From: a virus
Virus record (IMG/VR): IMGVR_UViG_3300045999_008055
DNA length: 64,000 nucleotides
Direction: 5' to 3' (one strand)
Shown here in pieces: positions 19,173-28,763 of the stretch; positions within the stretch are counted from its first letter, which is position 1; each line of letters opens with the position of its first letter. The position numbers and the translations under genes were made by a program. Below the pieces are notes generated by a model. It saw nothing but the letters and a program-made list of their open reading frames with translations. It did not search any database and had not been told where the DNA came from.

Positions 19173-20098
19173 AAGTATTATCAGCATCTAGAATAAAAAC
19201 TCTTGAGACTTGCTCTTGGGTCTATTGGAATAACTACCATACTAAAGTTCCACAATCTCAAAATGATGGAGCATTAAGGGGTACAATCTGTCATACAATC
19301 TTCGAACTTCTTTTAAACCCAAAACATAAGGCACATTACGATAAAATTATAAAGAAAAACTCTGTTAAAGGTAGTAAAGCAATTGCGCGACTAATAAAAA
19401 AATTAAAAGCTAAAGTTGGCCTAGATGAATCAAATTTTGAAATTTTAGATCAAATGATTATGGTTGGATTAAAGCATGACTTCTTTGGTGAAAAAGATGG
19501 CGAAATTGTATCTCCAGAGTATGCTTTTGAAATTAAAAATGATAGCCCAAAATATCATATTAAGGGCTTTATTGATAAGCCTATTAAATCAAAGAATAAA
19601 ATGGTTATAATTGACTACAAAAGCTCCAAGGCTAAATTTAGAGGAGATGACCTTGAAGCAAATATTCAAGCAATGATGTATAGTTTAGCTAGTAAAAAAT
19701 TATGGCCTAAACTTAAACCCATAGTAAGGTTTCTTTTTTTAAGATTCCCTAAACAGCCAATTCAAGAACTTCAATTTACAGAAGATCAGATAAAGGGATT
19801 TGAATATTATTTAGAACATATTAATGATTATATTAATAAATTTGATGAAAATTCTGCTAAAGCAAATTTTGCAATAGATAGCGATAAGAGTAAATGGATG
19901 TGTGGTATTGGTAATTGGAGATGTCCATATAGAGATCCTTATGAATATTATGTTAAATTAAATACTAATAATGATATTATTGAAACTAGTATTGATGGTA
20001 AATTTAAAGATATAACAGGATTTAAGGTAGAAAAAAGAAAATATACAGGATGCCCTAAATTTAATCTACAAAAAACAAATGACGAATTTTTAGATTGA
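19154..20098 (+). CDS. PD-(D/E)XK nuclease, Cas4/AddB-like
   Basis: LSASRI...C, GTICH, KGFIDK, IIDYKS, QAMMY and C-terminal C..WRCPY...CP. Confidence 0.85.
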   Translation: MENKSLKVLSASRIKTLETCSWVYWNNYHTKVPQSQNDGALRGTICHTIFELLLNPKHKAHYDKIIKKNSVKGSKAIARLIKKLKAKVGLDESNFEILDQMIMVGLKHDFFGEKDGEIVSPEYAFEIKNDSPKYHIKGFIDKPIKSKNKMVIIDYKSSKAKFRGDDLEANIQAMMYSLASKKLWPKLKPIVRFLFLRFPKQPIQELQFTEDQIKGFEYYLEHINDYINKFDENSAKANFAIDSDKSKWMCGIGNWRCPYRDPYEYYVKLNTNNDIIETSIDGKFKDITGFKVEKRKYTGCPKFNLQKTNDEFLD

Positions 20099-20123
20099 TT
20101 ATTATTAATATCTTTGTTATACT
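20095..20123 (+). promoter_or_regulatory. Sigma70-type promoter with extended -10
   Basis: TTGATT-17-TATACT with TGn; ATG at 20132. Confidence 0.7.
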
Positions 20124-20131
20124 AAAATAAA

Positions 20132-20878
20132 ATGATACCACTATTTAAGTCTCATTATTCTCTTGGCCGTTCTATATTAACTTTAGAAAATAAAGATGAA
20201 GCAGACGACTATCCAGATTCAATTATTCAAATTGCAAAACAAAATAATTTGAAAGAGATATTTTTAATTGAGGATAATATGTCTTCATTCCTTGAGGCTT
20301 ATACAAATACAAAATTAAATAATATTAAATTAAATTATGGTCTAAGAGTTTCAATTACTGAGTCTATAAATGATAAAAGTGACGAATCTAGACAGAAAAC
20401 TTCTAAAATCATTATATTCTTTAAGAATAAAAAAGGTCACGAGTTATTAACAAAATTATTTAGTATTGCAGCGAAAACAGGTTTTTATTACGAACCAAGG
20501 CTTGATTACGAAACTTTAAATAAAAATTGGACCGATGACTTAATATTAGCTATACCATTTTATGATTCATTTATATTTAATAATACATTAAGAAATTCAA
20601 TCTGTATTCCTCAATTTAATTTTACTAAACCAATAGTATTTATTGAAAATAATGATTTACCATTTGACATAATTGTGAAAGATAAGATGGAAAGATACGC
20701 TAAAGAAAATGATCTTGAATTATATAAAGTTAAAAGCGTATACTATAATAAGAGGAAGGATTTTAAAACATATCTTACTTTTAGATGCATTAATAATAGA
20801 AGTATTTTAAATAAACCAGAATTAGAACATATGTCTAGTAATGAATTTTGTTTTGAAAGTTATCTAGGTGCAAAATAA
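20132..20878 (+). CDS. Stand-alone PHP domain of DNA polymerase III alpha
   Basis: KSHYSL, IIQIAK, ED.M..F, YGLRV, FKNKKG..LL..L.S.A and GFYYEPRLD, all DnaE N-terminal hallmarks. Confidence 0.85.
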   Translation: MIPLFKSHYSLGRSILTLENKDEADDYPDSIIQIAKQNNLKEIFLIEDNMSSFLEAYTNTKLNNIKLNYGLRVSITESINDKSDESRQKTSKIIIFFKNKKGHELLTKLFSIAAKTGFYYEPRLDYETLNKNWTDDLILAIPFYDSFIFNNTLRNSICIPQFNFTKPIVFIENNDLPFDIIVKDKMERYAKENDLELYKVKSVYYNKRKDFKTYLTFRCINNRSILNKPELEHMSSNEFCFESYLGAK

Positions 20879-21516
20879 TGGACGAACATTTATTAAGATA
20901 TAATAAGAATAAAACATTAGTCTTTATAGACTGTGAAACTTTTAATCTTTGTTTAAATTTTTGTCATAATTTACCTTGGCAAATCGCAATGATTAAAGTC
21001 CAAGGAGATAAAAAGATTGATGAAAAGAATTTTTATATTAAGTGGCAAACAGATTTAAAAATAAGTCAAGATGCCGCTAGAATCACTAGATACGATCATA
21101 AAAAAGTACAGAAGGAAGGGCAAGATCCAAAAGAGTTATTCCCAACAATTAAAGATTGGTTAGATCATGCAGACTATATTATTGGTCATAACACTTTGGG
21201 GTTTGACATTTACCTTATAAAAGAATATTATAAATACATGGGTTGTAATTGGCATCATTTAGTAAATAAATTCATTGATACAAATGCCGTCGCCCGTGGA
21301 ATTAAATATGGAATACAATATAGTCCAAAAGAAAGCTTAATAGAATATCAATATAAAATATATCATACAAGGAAGAAAAATGTAAAAAGCTCATTGACAG
21401 TATTAGGCAAAGAAAATGGAATTGAACATGATTACGATAAATTGCATGATGCAATTAATGATCTTGACTTAAATTTAAAAGTATGGAATAAATTGAAATG
21501 GCAAATAGAGGTATAA
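20878..21516 (+). CDS. DEDDh 3'-5' exonuclease (DnaQ-like)
   Basis: FIDCET, IGHN..GFD, IDT and LHDAINDL. Confidence 0.9.
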   Translation: MDEHLLRYNKNKTLVFIDCETFNLCLNFCHNLPWQIAMIKVQGDKKIDEKNFYIKWQTDLKISQDAARITRYDHKKVQKEGQDPKELFPTIKDWLDHADYIIGHNTLGFDIYLIKEYYKYMGCNWHHLVNKFIDTNAVARGIKYGIQYSPKESLIEYQYKIYHTRKKNVKSSLTVLGKENGIEHDYDKLHDAINDLDLNLKVWNKLKWQIEV

Positions 21517-21517
21517 T

Positions 21518-21733
21518 ATGGCATCATTAGATGATATTTATGACATGATTCAGAAATTAGATGATTCAAATATAGAATATCTCTTGATTACTATTCAAAA
21601 AGGAAAGAAAAATGGGAAAGCTGATGTGTTCTATTCTCTAAAAGATAAAAATTCAATGAAGATTTTAACTCAAGGATTAAATGAATTTACAAAAGAGGTT
21701 GATAGATTAGATGATGAAGGAAAATTTGAATAA
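21518..21733 (+). CDS. Small hypothetical protein within the polymerase operon
   Basis: GAGG SD upstream; tightly packed between the exonuclease and DnaE core. Confidence 0.65.
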   Translation: MASLDDIYDMIQKLDDSNIEYLLITIQKGKKNGKADVFYSLKDKNSMKILTQGLNEFTKEVDRLDDEGKFE

Positions 21734-24320
21734 CCTTCGCGCTGATAAAGATCTATCTTCAAAATTTGAAGATCTAGATTTAGGCTTACATGGAGTAAGA
21801 CTTCCAGAGTTTAATATTGAATCTTCAGCGAAAAGGCATCTTAATCTTAGTGAGGATGTTTTAAATTATGATTTTCTTAGAGCATTAGCCTTAAATGGAT
21901 TTAAAGATCTAAAGATAGATAAAAGTCTGCCAGAATATAAAAAATATGTAGATCGCGCTAAATACGAATTAGATACATTAAAAGAACTTGGATTTATTGA
22001 TTATATTTTATTAGTTTGGGATGTTATTAACTTTTGTAAAACTAATAATATTCCTGTTGGTTTAGGTAGAGGTTCTGCCGCAGGGTCTCTAATTCTTTAT
22101 CTTATAGGGGTGACAAGAATAGATCCAGTTAAATATAACCTTTATTTTGAAAGATTTATATCCAAGATTCGAGCTAAAAAGCAGGTTGTTGATGGGGTAA
22201 CGTACTTAGATGGTAGTTTAATGTGCGACGTAGATCTTGACATTTGTTACTATAATCGTCATAAAGTATTGGAGTATCTTGAGAATAAATTTAAAGGCAA
22301 AACAAGTAAGATTTTAACTCTTAATACCCTTAGCGGAAAATTACTCATAAAGGAATGTGGTAAAATTGTAGGCGAGAAAACTGAAGAGGAAATGACTACG
22401 ATATCTTCTTTGATCCCAAAAGTATTCGGTCAAGTTAAAGACATAACAACTGCCTATAAAGAAGTATCTAAATTTCAAGAATGGTGCGATGAGAATAAAG
22501 AAGTATACGAAATAGCACTAAAACTAAGAGATTTAATTAAAAATAAAGGCGTACATCCATCTGGCGTGTTGCTTTCTTACGATGATTTAGAAAAAGTATG
22601 TCCAACAGAATTTTCTTCTGATAAAGAACCTGTTTCAAGTTTTGATATGAATTGGGTAAGTTTATTTAATATTAAACTAGATATTTTAGGTTTAAGAAGC
22701 GTATCTGTAGTTCATGATGTATGCAAAAATATAGGAATAAAAGTTGAAGATATCAATCTAAATGACGAATCAATTTATAGAAATCTTCAAGACCTAAGAA
22801 GTCCACATGGATTATTCCAAATTGAGGCAGATACAAATTTTAAAGTTTGCCAAAAAGTAAAACCAAAAAATCTAGAAGAACTTAGTGGGGTTCTTGCGTT
22901 AGCTAGACCTGGAGCGCTTCAATTTGTTGATAAGTATGCAAAATATACAAATACAGAAGATTATGAGAGCATTCACCCATTCTTTGATGAGATTCTAAAA
23001 CAAACTGGTGGAGTTGCACTTTATCAAGAGCAATTGATGCAAATGGCCCACAAGATTGGATTTACGCTCGATGAAGCAGAAATCTTAAGAAGAATCGTGG
23101 GTAAGAAGAAGATCGAAGAGATTAAAGCATGGCAAAAGAAAATTGATGCAAAAATAAAACAAAATAAATTACCAAAAGAGGTCGGAGATATCTTATGGAA
23201 GATCATGGAAGACTCTGCAAATTATTCATTTAATAAATCTCATTCACTTGCATATGCAGCTTTGGCCGCGGTTACAATTTATCTTAAATTTAATTATCCA
23301 CAACAATTTTTCTTATCCTTATTAAAGATGAGCAGAAATGAACCAGACCCAATTGGTGAAATATCTAAAATTCAAAAAGAAATGCATGAATTTAAAATTG
23401 AATTATTACCACCCCACATCATTAAATCTGATATGGATTTTTCTATTGAAGATAGAGATATTAGATTTGGCTTACTTTCTATCAAGGGAATATCAGATAA
23501 ATCAATTGAGAAACTAAATAGTTTTAGGAATAAATATTCTAATAAATTTGAAATTTTTCAAGCGGCAGAAGAAGCAGATCTAAACATTGGAGTTTTATCT
23601 GCCTTAATTCAAGCTGGAGCATTAAGTGGATTTAAACAATCAAGATCTAAAATAGTTTTAGAAGCTCAATTATGGAACATTTTAACCTCTAAAGAAAAGA
23701 AATATGCTATTTCATTTGCAGAGAAATTTGATTATGATCTAATTAAAATCATTAAACATTTAAATAAATTTACAGATGAAAAAAATCATATAGTCGTTAA
23801 AGATAATAGACTTAAAACAATAAAAAATAAATATGATCCATATTTAAAGATATACAATCAAAATAGTAAGAGTGAAAGTTTTGCAAATTGGTATTATGAA
23901 AAGAGATTATTAGGTTATACTTATAATAAGAATCTAAAAGAAATATTTTCAGAGAAAAGAGAGAATCTAATACATATATCCGATATATCTGATATACCTT
24001 TAAATACAAAAATTGCATTTGTTGGTCAAATTGACGATGTATTCTCTGGAGTTTCAAAAAATGAAAAGAAAACTAGATATGTTCGACTTAAGATTTCTGA
24101 TGAAACTGGATATATTAATACGTTAATATTTAACGATAATATTGAAAATAATAAATTATTAAATAATAGGAATTTTGAAGAAGGAAATATTGTTATAGTT
24201 AAAGGATTAAAGAAAGATGATTGTATATTTGGCGATCTTGTCGCGATCCAAGACCAAGAAATATATATGAAATTAAATGATCTAAAGAAAATAGTTGACA
24301 ATACTAATAATAAAGAGTAA
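21711..24320 (+). CDS. dnaE: DNA polymerase III alpha catalytic core (lacking PHP domain)
   Basis: GRGSAAGSL, FERF, DVDLD, HPSGV, KLDILGL, RPG, YQEQ, YSFNKSH, FGL.SIKG and C-terminal OB fold. Exact start uncertain (21711/21714/21726). Confidence 0.95.
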   Translation: MMKENLNNLRADKDLSSKFEDLDLGLHGVRLPEFNIESSAKRHLNLSEDVLNYDFLRALALNGFKDLKIDKSLPEYKKYVDRAKYELDTLKELGFIDYILLVWDVINFCKTNNIPVGLGRGSAAGSLILYLIGVTRIDPVKYNLYFERFISKIRAKKQVVDGVTYLDGSLMCDVDLDICYYNRHKVLEYLENKFKGKTSKILTLNTLSGKLLIKECGKIVGEKTEEEMTTISSLIPKVFGQVKDITTAYKEVSKFQEWCDENKEVYEIALKLRDLIKNKGVHPSGVLLSYDDLEKVCPTEFSSDKEPVSSFDMNWVSLFNIKLDILGLRSVSVVHDVCKNIGIKVEDINLNDESIYRNLQDLRSPHGLFQIEADTNFKVCQKVKPKNLEELSGVLALARPGALQFVDKYAKYTNTEDYESIHPFFDEILKQTGGVALYQEQLMQMAHKIGFTLDEAEILRRIVGKKKIEEIKAWQKKIDAKIKQNKLPKEVGDILWKIMEDSANYSFNKSHSLAYAALAAVTIYLKFNYPQQFFLSLLKMSRNEPDPIGEISKIQKEMHEFKIELLPPHIIKSDMDFSIEDRDIRFGLLSIKGISDKSIEKLNSFRNKYSNKFEIFQAAEEADLNIGVLSALIQAGALSGFKQSRSKIVLEAQLWNILTSKEKKYAISFAEKFDYDLIKIIKHLNKFTDEKNHIVVKDNRLKTIKNKYDPYLKIYNQNSKSESFANWYYEKRLLGYTYNKNLKEIFSEKRENLIHISDISDIPLNTKIAFVGQIDDVFSGVSKNEKKTRYVRLKISDETGYINTLIFNDNIENNKLLNNRNFEEGNIVIVKGLKKDDCIFGDLVAIQDQEIYMKLNDLKKIVDNTNNKE

Positions 24321-24323
24321 TAT
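24295..24323 (+). promoter_or_regulatory. Sigma70-type promoter
   Basis: TTGACA-17-TAATAT; ATG at 24331. Confidence 0.7.
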
Positions 24324-24330
24324 ATTTATT

Positions 24331-24873
24331 ATGATATCATTTTATAAACCAAATAGTAAAAATACAGGTACGGCTTGTAGTTTTAGCGTAAATTCAAAAG
24401 AAGGCTCAATCTGGAGTTCTTTAATTAAACAGAGTTCTTGGAATGAAGCCACGAAAACTGGTTCGTTCTCTGATAATAGAGATAATCCTCAAAAAAGTGC
24501 TAGAGTTAAATTCTCTCAAACAGAGGTCGCTGGCTTACTTGAAGCTCTTGATAAAAATGTAGAATTTTCTGCTTATCATTCTTCTGATAAACAAATTACA
24601 AAAATTAAATTTTCACCTTATATTAAAGATAATAAACAAGTCGGCTTCTCTTATAGTGTTAATAAGGAAAGTAAAGAAAATATAGAGAATAAACAATCAT
24701 TTTTGCTTGGCTTCTATTTTAGCGAAGCTAGACTACTAAGAGAGTTCTTGGTTCATTCTTTACATTCAATATTTAAAGCTCAAGAAGTTGAAGCAATTAA
24801 AAAATTTAAAAACTCAAAATCATCTCAAGAATCAAATAAATCTAACGCCGAAGAAGATGGCGAACTTTGGTAA
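24331..24873 (+). CDS. Putative single-stranded DNA-binding protein, Whirly-like
   Basis: Pattern FYK...KFSQTEVAGLL...AYH...FSP...GFSYSV...SEARLLREFL parallels Whirly domains; acidic-aromatic tail AEEDGELW; directly after dnaE. Start moved to 24331. Confidence 0.55.
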   Translation: MISFYKPNSKNTGTACSFSVNSKEGSIWSSLIKQSSWNEATKTGSFSDNRDNPQKSARVKFSQTEVAGLLEALDKNVEFSAYHSSDKQITKIKFSPYIKDNKQVGFSYSVNKESKENIENKQSFLLGFYFSEARLLREFLVHSLHSIFKAQEVEAIKKFKNSKSSQESNKSNAEEDGELW

Positions 24874-24875
24874 TT

Positions 24876-26804
24876 GTGTCTCGCAAGAAGAAAATAGTCT
24901 ATCAATCTGATTTCTCTCTTGCCAAAACTGGTTTTGGTAGAGCAGCAAAAGCTCTTTTAACTTTCTTATATAAAACTGGAAAGTATGATATAGTACATTA
25001 TTGTTGCGGATTGCAATATTCAAATCCAGAACTTAAAAAGACTCCTTGGAAGTCCATAGGTTCATTGCCAGATAATCCACAAGAAATAGAACAATTAAAT
25101 AAAGATCCAAATATAGCTAGACTAGCAAGTTATGGCTCGCATTATCTGGATAGAGTTATTCAAGAAGAGAAGCCTGATGTTTATATAGCTGTTCAAGATA
25201 TTTGGGGTATAGATTTTGCTATTGATAAAAAATGGTTTAATAAGATTTCTTCGGTATTATGGACTACTTTAGATTCTTTACCGATTCTTCCTTCTGCGGT
25301 TGAAAAAGCTCCAAAAATCAAAAATTATTGGATATGGAGTGATTTCGCTACAAAAGCATTACATGAACTTGGGCATAAACATGTAAAAACTTTACATGGA
25401 CCTCTTGATGTTTCTAATTTTTACAGATTAGAAAATTACAGAAGAGAAGAGATTAGGAAAAAATATAATATCCCCTTAGATTCTTTTATTATAGGATTTG
25501 TATTTAGAAACCAACTTAGAAAAAGTGTCCCCAATCTTTTAGAAGGATATTCCTTATGGAAAAGATCTAACCCTCAAATTAAAAATACTTTTTTACTTTT
25601 ACATACTCATTGGAGTGAGGGATGGAACATACCTAAATTATCAAAAGAATATGGAATTGATCCAAGAGAAATCTTAACAACCTATATTTGTAAAAAATGT
25701 GGCGAGTATGAAATTAAAAATTTTCATGGACAAGATGTAGACTGTAGATTTTGTAAGAGTGAAAAAAGTCAAGTAACTACTAATGTAGGGATAGGAGTAA
25801 CAGAAGAACAATTAAATGAGGTCTACAATCTAATGGATGTATATTGTCATCCATTTACAAGTGGAGGTCAAGAGATACCAATTCAAGAAGCAAAACTCAC
25901 AGAGTTAATTACATTGGTAACAAATTATTCTTGCGGAGAGGAAATGTGTCAAGAATCAGCTGGGTCTTTTGAATTAGAATGGAGTGAATATAGAGAGCAT
26001 GGAACAGAATTTATAAAAGCTTCTACCAAACCTAATTCTATAGCTAAACAAATAAATAAAGTCTATAATATGTCCATTCTAAAAAGAAGAGAAATGGGAA
26101 TAAAAGCTAGAGAATGGACTATACAAAATTATGCAGTTGAAAACATAGCAAAAGAGATTGAAAAGTTTATAGATCAATCAGAATACACAACTTACGACTT
26201 CTCTCTCAAGGAAGAAGATAAAGATCCATTTCATCAAATTCCAGAGATAAAAAATGATAGTGAATGGATAACTTATATGTATCATAATCTTTTAAAGATG
26301 AAAGATATTAATGGAGATGATGATGGACATAAATATTGGATGACAGAGATTTCAAAAGGAGCAAAAAGACAAGACATAGAAAATTATTTTAGAAATGTTG
26401 CCGCACAAGAGAATCAAAAGAATAAAAAAATAGATTTTTCAGATCTTTTAGATAAAGATGACGAAGGAAGAAGGATTATATATGTAATGCCCGAGAGTAT
26501 TGGAGATATATATATTTCAACTTCTTTGTTTGAAAATATTAAAAAACAATATCCTAATCATAATCTATATGTAGCAACAAAGCCCGAATATTTTGAAATA
26601 CTCGAAGGAAATCCTCACATACATAAATTATTACAATTTATACCTCAGATGAATCAACTGCTATGGCTAGAAGGAGCTGGAGAACATAAAGGATACTTTG
26701 AAGTCGCCTTTCTTCCTCATGCAGGAACACAATTATTTTTAGATTATATACATAATGGTAAGACTAATATACAATTCAATATAAAGGATGAAATATGCAC
26801 TTAA
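24876..26804 (+). CDS. GT4 glycosyltransferase with zinc-ribbon insert and C-terminal GT9-like domain
   Basis: TGFG, RNQLRKSVP, CKKC...CRFC, HPFTSGGQEIPIQEA; C-terminal PESIGDIY.....IKKQYP..L.....NPHI. GTG start at 24876 is likely. Confidence 0.8.
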   Translation: MSRKKKIVYQSDFSLAKTGFGRAAKALLTFLYKTGKYDIVHYCCGLQYSNPELKKTPWKSIGSLPDNPQEIEQLNKDPNIARLASYGSHYLDRVIQEEKPDVYIAVQDIWGIDFAIDKKWFNKISSVLWTTLDSLPILPSAVEKAPKIKNYWIWSDFATKALHELGHKHVKTLHGPLDVSNFYRLENYRREEIRKKYNIPLDSFIIGFVFRNQLRKSVPNLLEGYSLWKRSNPQIKNTFLLLHTHWSEGWNIPKLSKEYGIDPREILTTYICKKCGEYEIKNFHGQDVDCRFCKSEKSQVTTNVGIGVTEEQLNEVYNLMDVYCHPFTSGGQEIPIQEAKLTELITLVTNYSCGEEMCQESAGSFELEWSEYREHGTEFIKASTKPNSIAKQINKVYNMSILKRREMGIKAREWTIQNYAVENIAKEIEKFIDQSEYTTYDFSLKEEDKDPFHQIPEIKNDSEWITYMYHNLLKMKDINGDDDGHKYWMTEISKGAKRQDIENYFRNVAAQENQKNKKIDFSDLLDKDDEGRRIIYVMPESIGDIYISTSLFENIKKQYPNHNLYVATKPEYFEILEGNPHIHKLLQFIPQMNQLLWLEGAGEHKGYFEVAFLPHAGTQLFLDYIHNGKTNIQFNIKDEICT

Positions 26805-27934
26805 TTGAAAGATATGCAACTTCTTGCGGAGTAAAGATAGGAAAGCCCTATATTTACGAAACATTTTTCCCTATACCTGTTGAAAAATACATATCTTTTC
26901 AACCTTTTAGTAAATATCAATCAAAAAATTATGATTATTGGGATGAAGTCATCGCAATGATTTCTCCGTATTTAAATGAACAAAATATAAAAATTATACA
27001 AATTGGCGCAAAAGACGATAAACATATTAATGGAACAATTAATCTATCTGGACAAACAAAGATATCTCAAGCCGCTTATATAGTTAATAACTCAATTTTG
27101 CATTTGGGCGCAGATAGTTTTGCGGCTCATATTGCTTCAGGCTTTAATAAGAAGATAGTATGCATCTATTCAAATAATAATATTAATAATGTAAAACCTT
27201 ATTGGTCAAAATCACAGGACTTAGTATTATTAAAACCAAATACAGATAAGAAACCTCAATACTCTGCTAATGAATTCCCAAAAAGTATAAATAATATTAA
27301 ACCAGAAGAAATAGCCAAAGGAGTTTTAGACTTACTAAATATAACATATAAAAAGACTCCCAAGACTATCTATATTGGAGATGATTACAAATCAAAAACA
27401 TTTGAAATTATTCCAGATAAACCAATTAATATTTCTTCAATTAATATAGAGACATTTATTATTAGAATGGATTATCATTTTGATGAACAAGTTTTGGAAT
27501 ATTACTTACAGAATAGAAAATGTATTATTATTACGAATAAACCTATTAATGAGAATCTCTTAAAACAATATAAGAATAATATAGTACAATTCGTTTATTT
27601 GGTTGAGAATGATAACGATTCAAAATTTATTAAGATTCTAAAGAATAACACTATAAATACAGTTTATATGTCATATCTTAATGAGGATGAATTAAATCAA
27701 TTTAAATTAGACTATATGGATTATGGTTTAATTATAAGAAGAGATTATCCTAAAGATCATATAAATTTTGCAGATAATATTTATTTCAAATCTTCTAGAA
27801 TTATTTTATCTTCAGAAGGGCAATTTAATACTAAATATCAATGGTTAACCAAAGACTTATCAAATAAATATATAGAGAATAAAGAACTACAAAAAGAATT
27901 AAATAATCTTTATATCTTTTCTCTTGACCAGTAA
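26795..27934 (+). CDS. GT9 (heptosyltransferase-like) C-terminal half plus extension
   Basis: HLIERYA, KNYDYW, IIQIG, LSGQT, HLGADSFAAHIA and INNIKPEEI. Confidence 0.75.
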   Translation: MHLIERYATSCGVKIGKPYIYETFFPIPVEKYISFQPFSKYQSKNYDYWDEVIAMISPYLNEQNIKIIQIGAKDDKHINGTINLSGQTKISQAAYIVNNSILHLGADSFAAHIASGFNKKIVCIYSNNNINNVKPYWSKSQDLVLLKPNTDKKPQYSANEFPKSINNIKPEEIAKGVLDLLNITYKKTPKTIYIGDDYKSKTFEIIPDKPINISSINIETFIIRMDYHFDEQVLEYYLQNRKCIIITNKPINENLLKQYKNNIVQFVYLVENDNDSKFIKILKNNTINTVYMSYLNEDELNQFKLDYMDYGLIIRRDYPKDHINFADNIYFKSSRIILSSEGQFNTKYQWLTKDLSNKYIENKELQKELNNLYIFSLDQ

Positions 27935-27952
27935 TAAAAATTACAGTATCAT
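27924..27952 (+). promoter_or_regulatory. Sigma70-type promoter
   Basis: TTGACC-17-TATCAT; ATG at 27960. Confidence 0.7.
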
Positions 27953-27959
27953 TATTAAA

Positions 27960-28763
27960 ATGAGCCCAAAAATTAAAGAAAATCAAGAGACTATTACGAT
28001 AGGTAGTTCAGAGTTAAATAACATTGATATACTAAGTGAGCCAAGTAAAGCTATAGAAGAGGTTCAGATTCCACCAAAAATAATTACCAGAAATAAATAT
28101 GGTTTGTTAGAGAATAAAAATATAAATTATATCTATAATGAAGATGGTTCTATTAATTGGCGTAAGATGGTAAAGACAGAGTATCTTGTTCCAAATCGTC
28201 AAAAGACACAAGAAACAGATGTATCAAAATTAGAAGATAAAGACCTATTAATTCTATTAGGTGGTATTAAAGAATTAGCTCAAATTAGAGGTTATTCAAA
28301 GGTTGAATACAAAGTAGTTACCGCTTCTGAGAATTATTTTGCCACAAGCTGTAGAATTACTTGGATGCCAAACTATGAAACCGATGGCAGAGAAATTATC
28401 TTCGAGGCTCTGGCTGATGCGACATCTAGTAATACAAAATCTTTCGCTCGCTTCTTTCTTGCAGCAATAGCTGAGAACAGAGCTTTTGTTCGTTGTGTAC
28501 GTAACTTCTTAAAAATTAATATCGTTTCTCAAGAGGAACTAGGAGACGCTAAACTCCTTGATGAATCTCCCTCCGTACAGGAGAATCCAACTTCTCCTCA
28601 TGTTTTACTAGAGAAAGTCATGAAAGAAAAAGGAATTTCTTTTGACCAATTAAAAAAGAAATTAATTAAAGAAAAATTTGAAAATGCAGAAAATATTAAT
28701 AATATATCAGATATATCGAAGAGCAAAATCTTTGAACTTATTGAAAGGATAAAGAATGTATGA
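27960..28763 (+). CDS. Putative Rad52/Sak-like ssDNA annealing protein
   Basis: LGGIKELA, ALADA..N, AIAENRAFVRCVRNFL.I...SQEEL. Start moved to 27960. Confidence 0.55.
   Translation: MSPKIKENQETITIGSSELNNIDILSEPSKAIEEVQIPPKIITRNKYGLLENKNINYIYNEDGSINWRKMVKTEYLVPNRQKTQETDVSKLEDKDLLILLGGIKELAQIRGYSKVEYKVVTASENYFATSCRITWMPNYETDGREIIFEALADATSSNTKSFARFFLAAIAENRAFVRCVRNFLKINIVSQEELGDAKLLDESPSVQENPTSPHVLLEKVMKEKGISFDQLKKKLIKEKFENAENINNISDISKSKIFELIERIKNV

Noticed and set aside
20132-24320. Split intein or intron in dnaE
   Set aside because: No intein N-terminal (C/S-start block) or HN-C/S terminal motifs seen; the intervening DNA encodes an exonuclease, not a homing endonuclease or RT.
1819-25023. 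Short - strand ORFs (60-91 aa) opposite + arm genes
   Set aside because: Fully antisense to well-supported genes, with no recognisable motifs.
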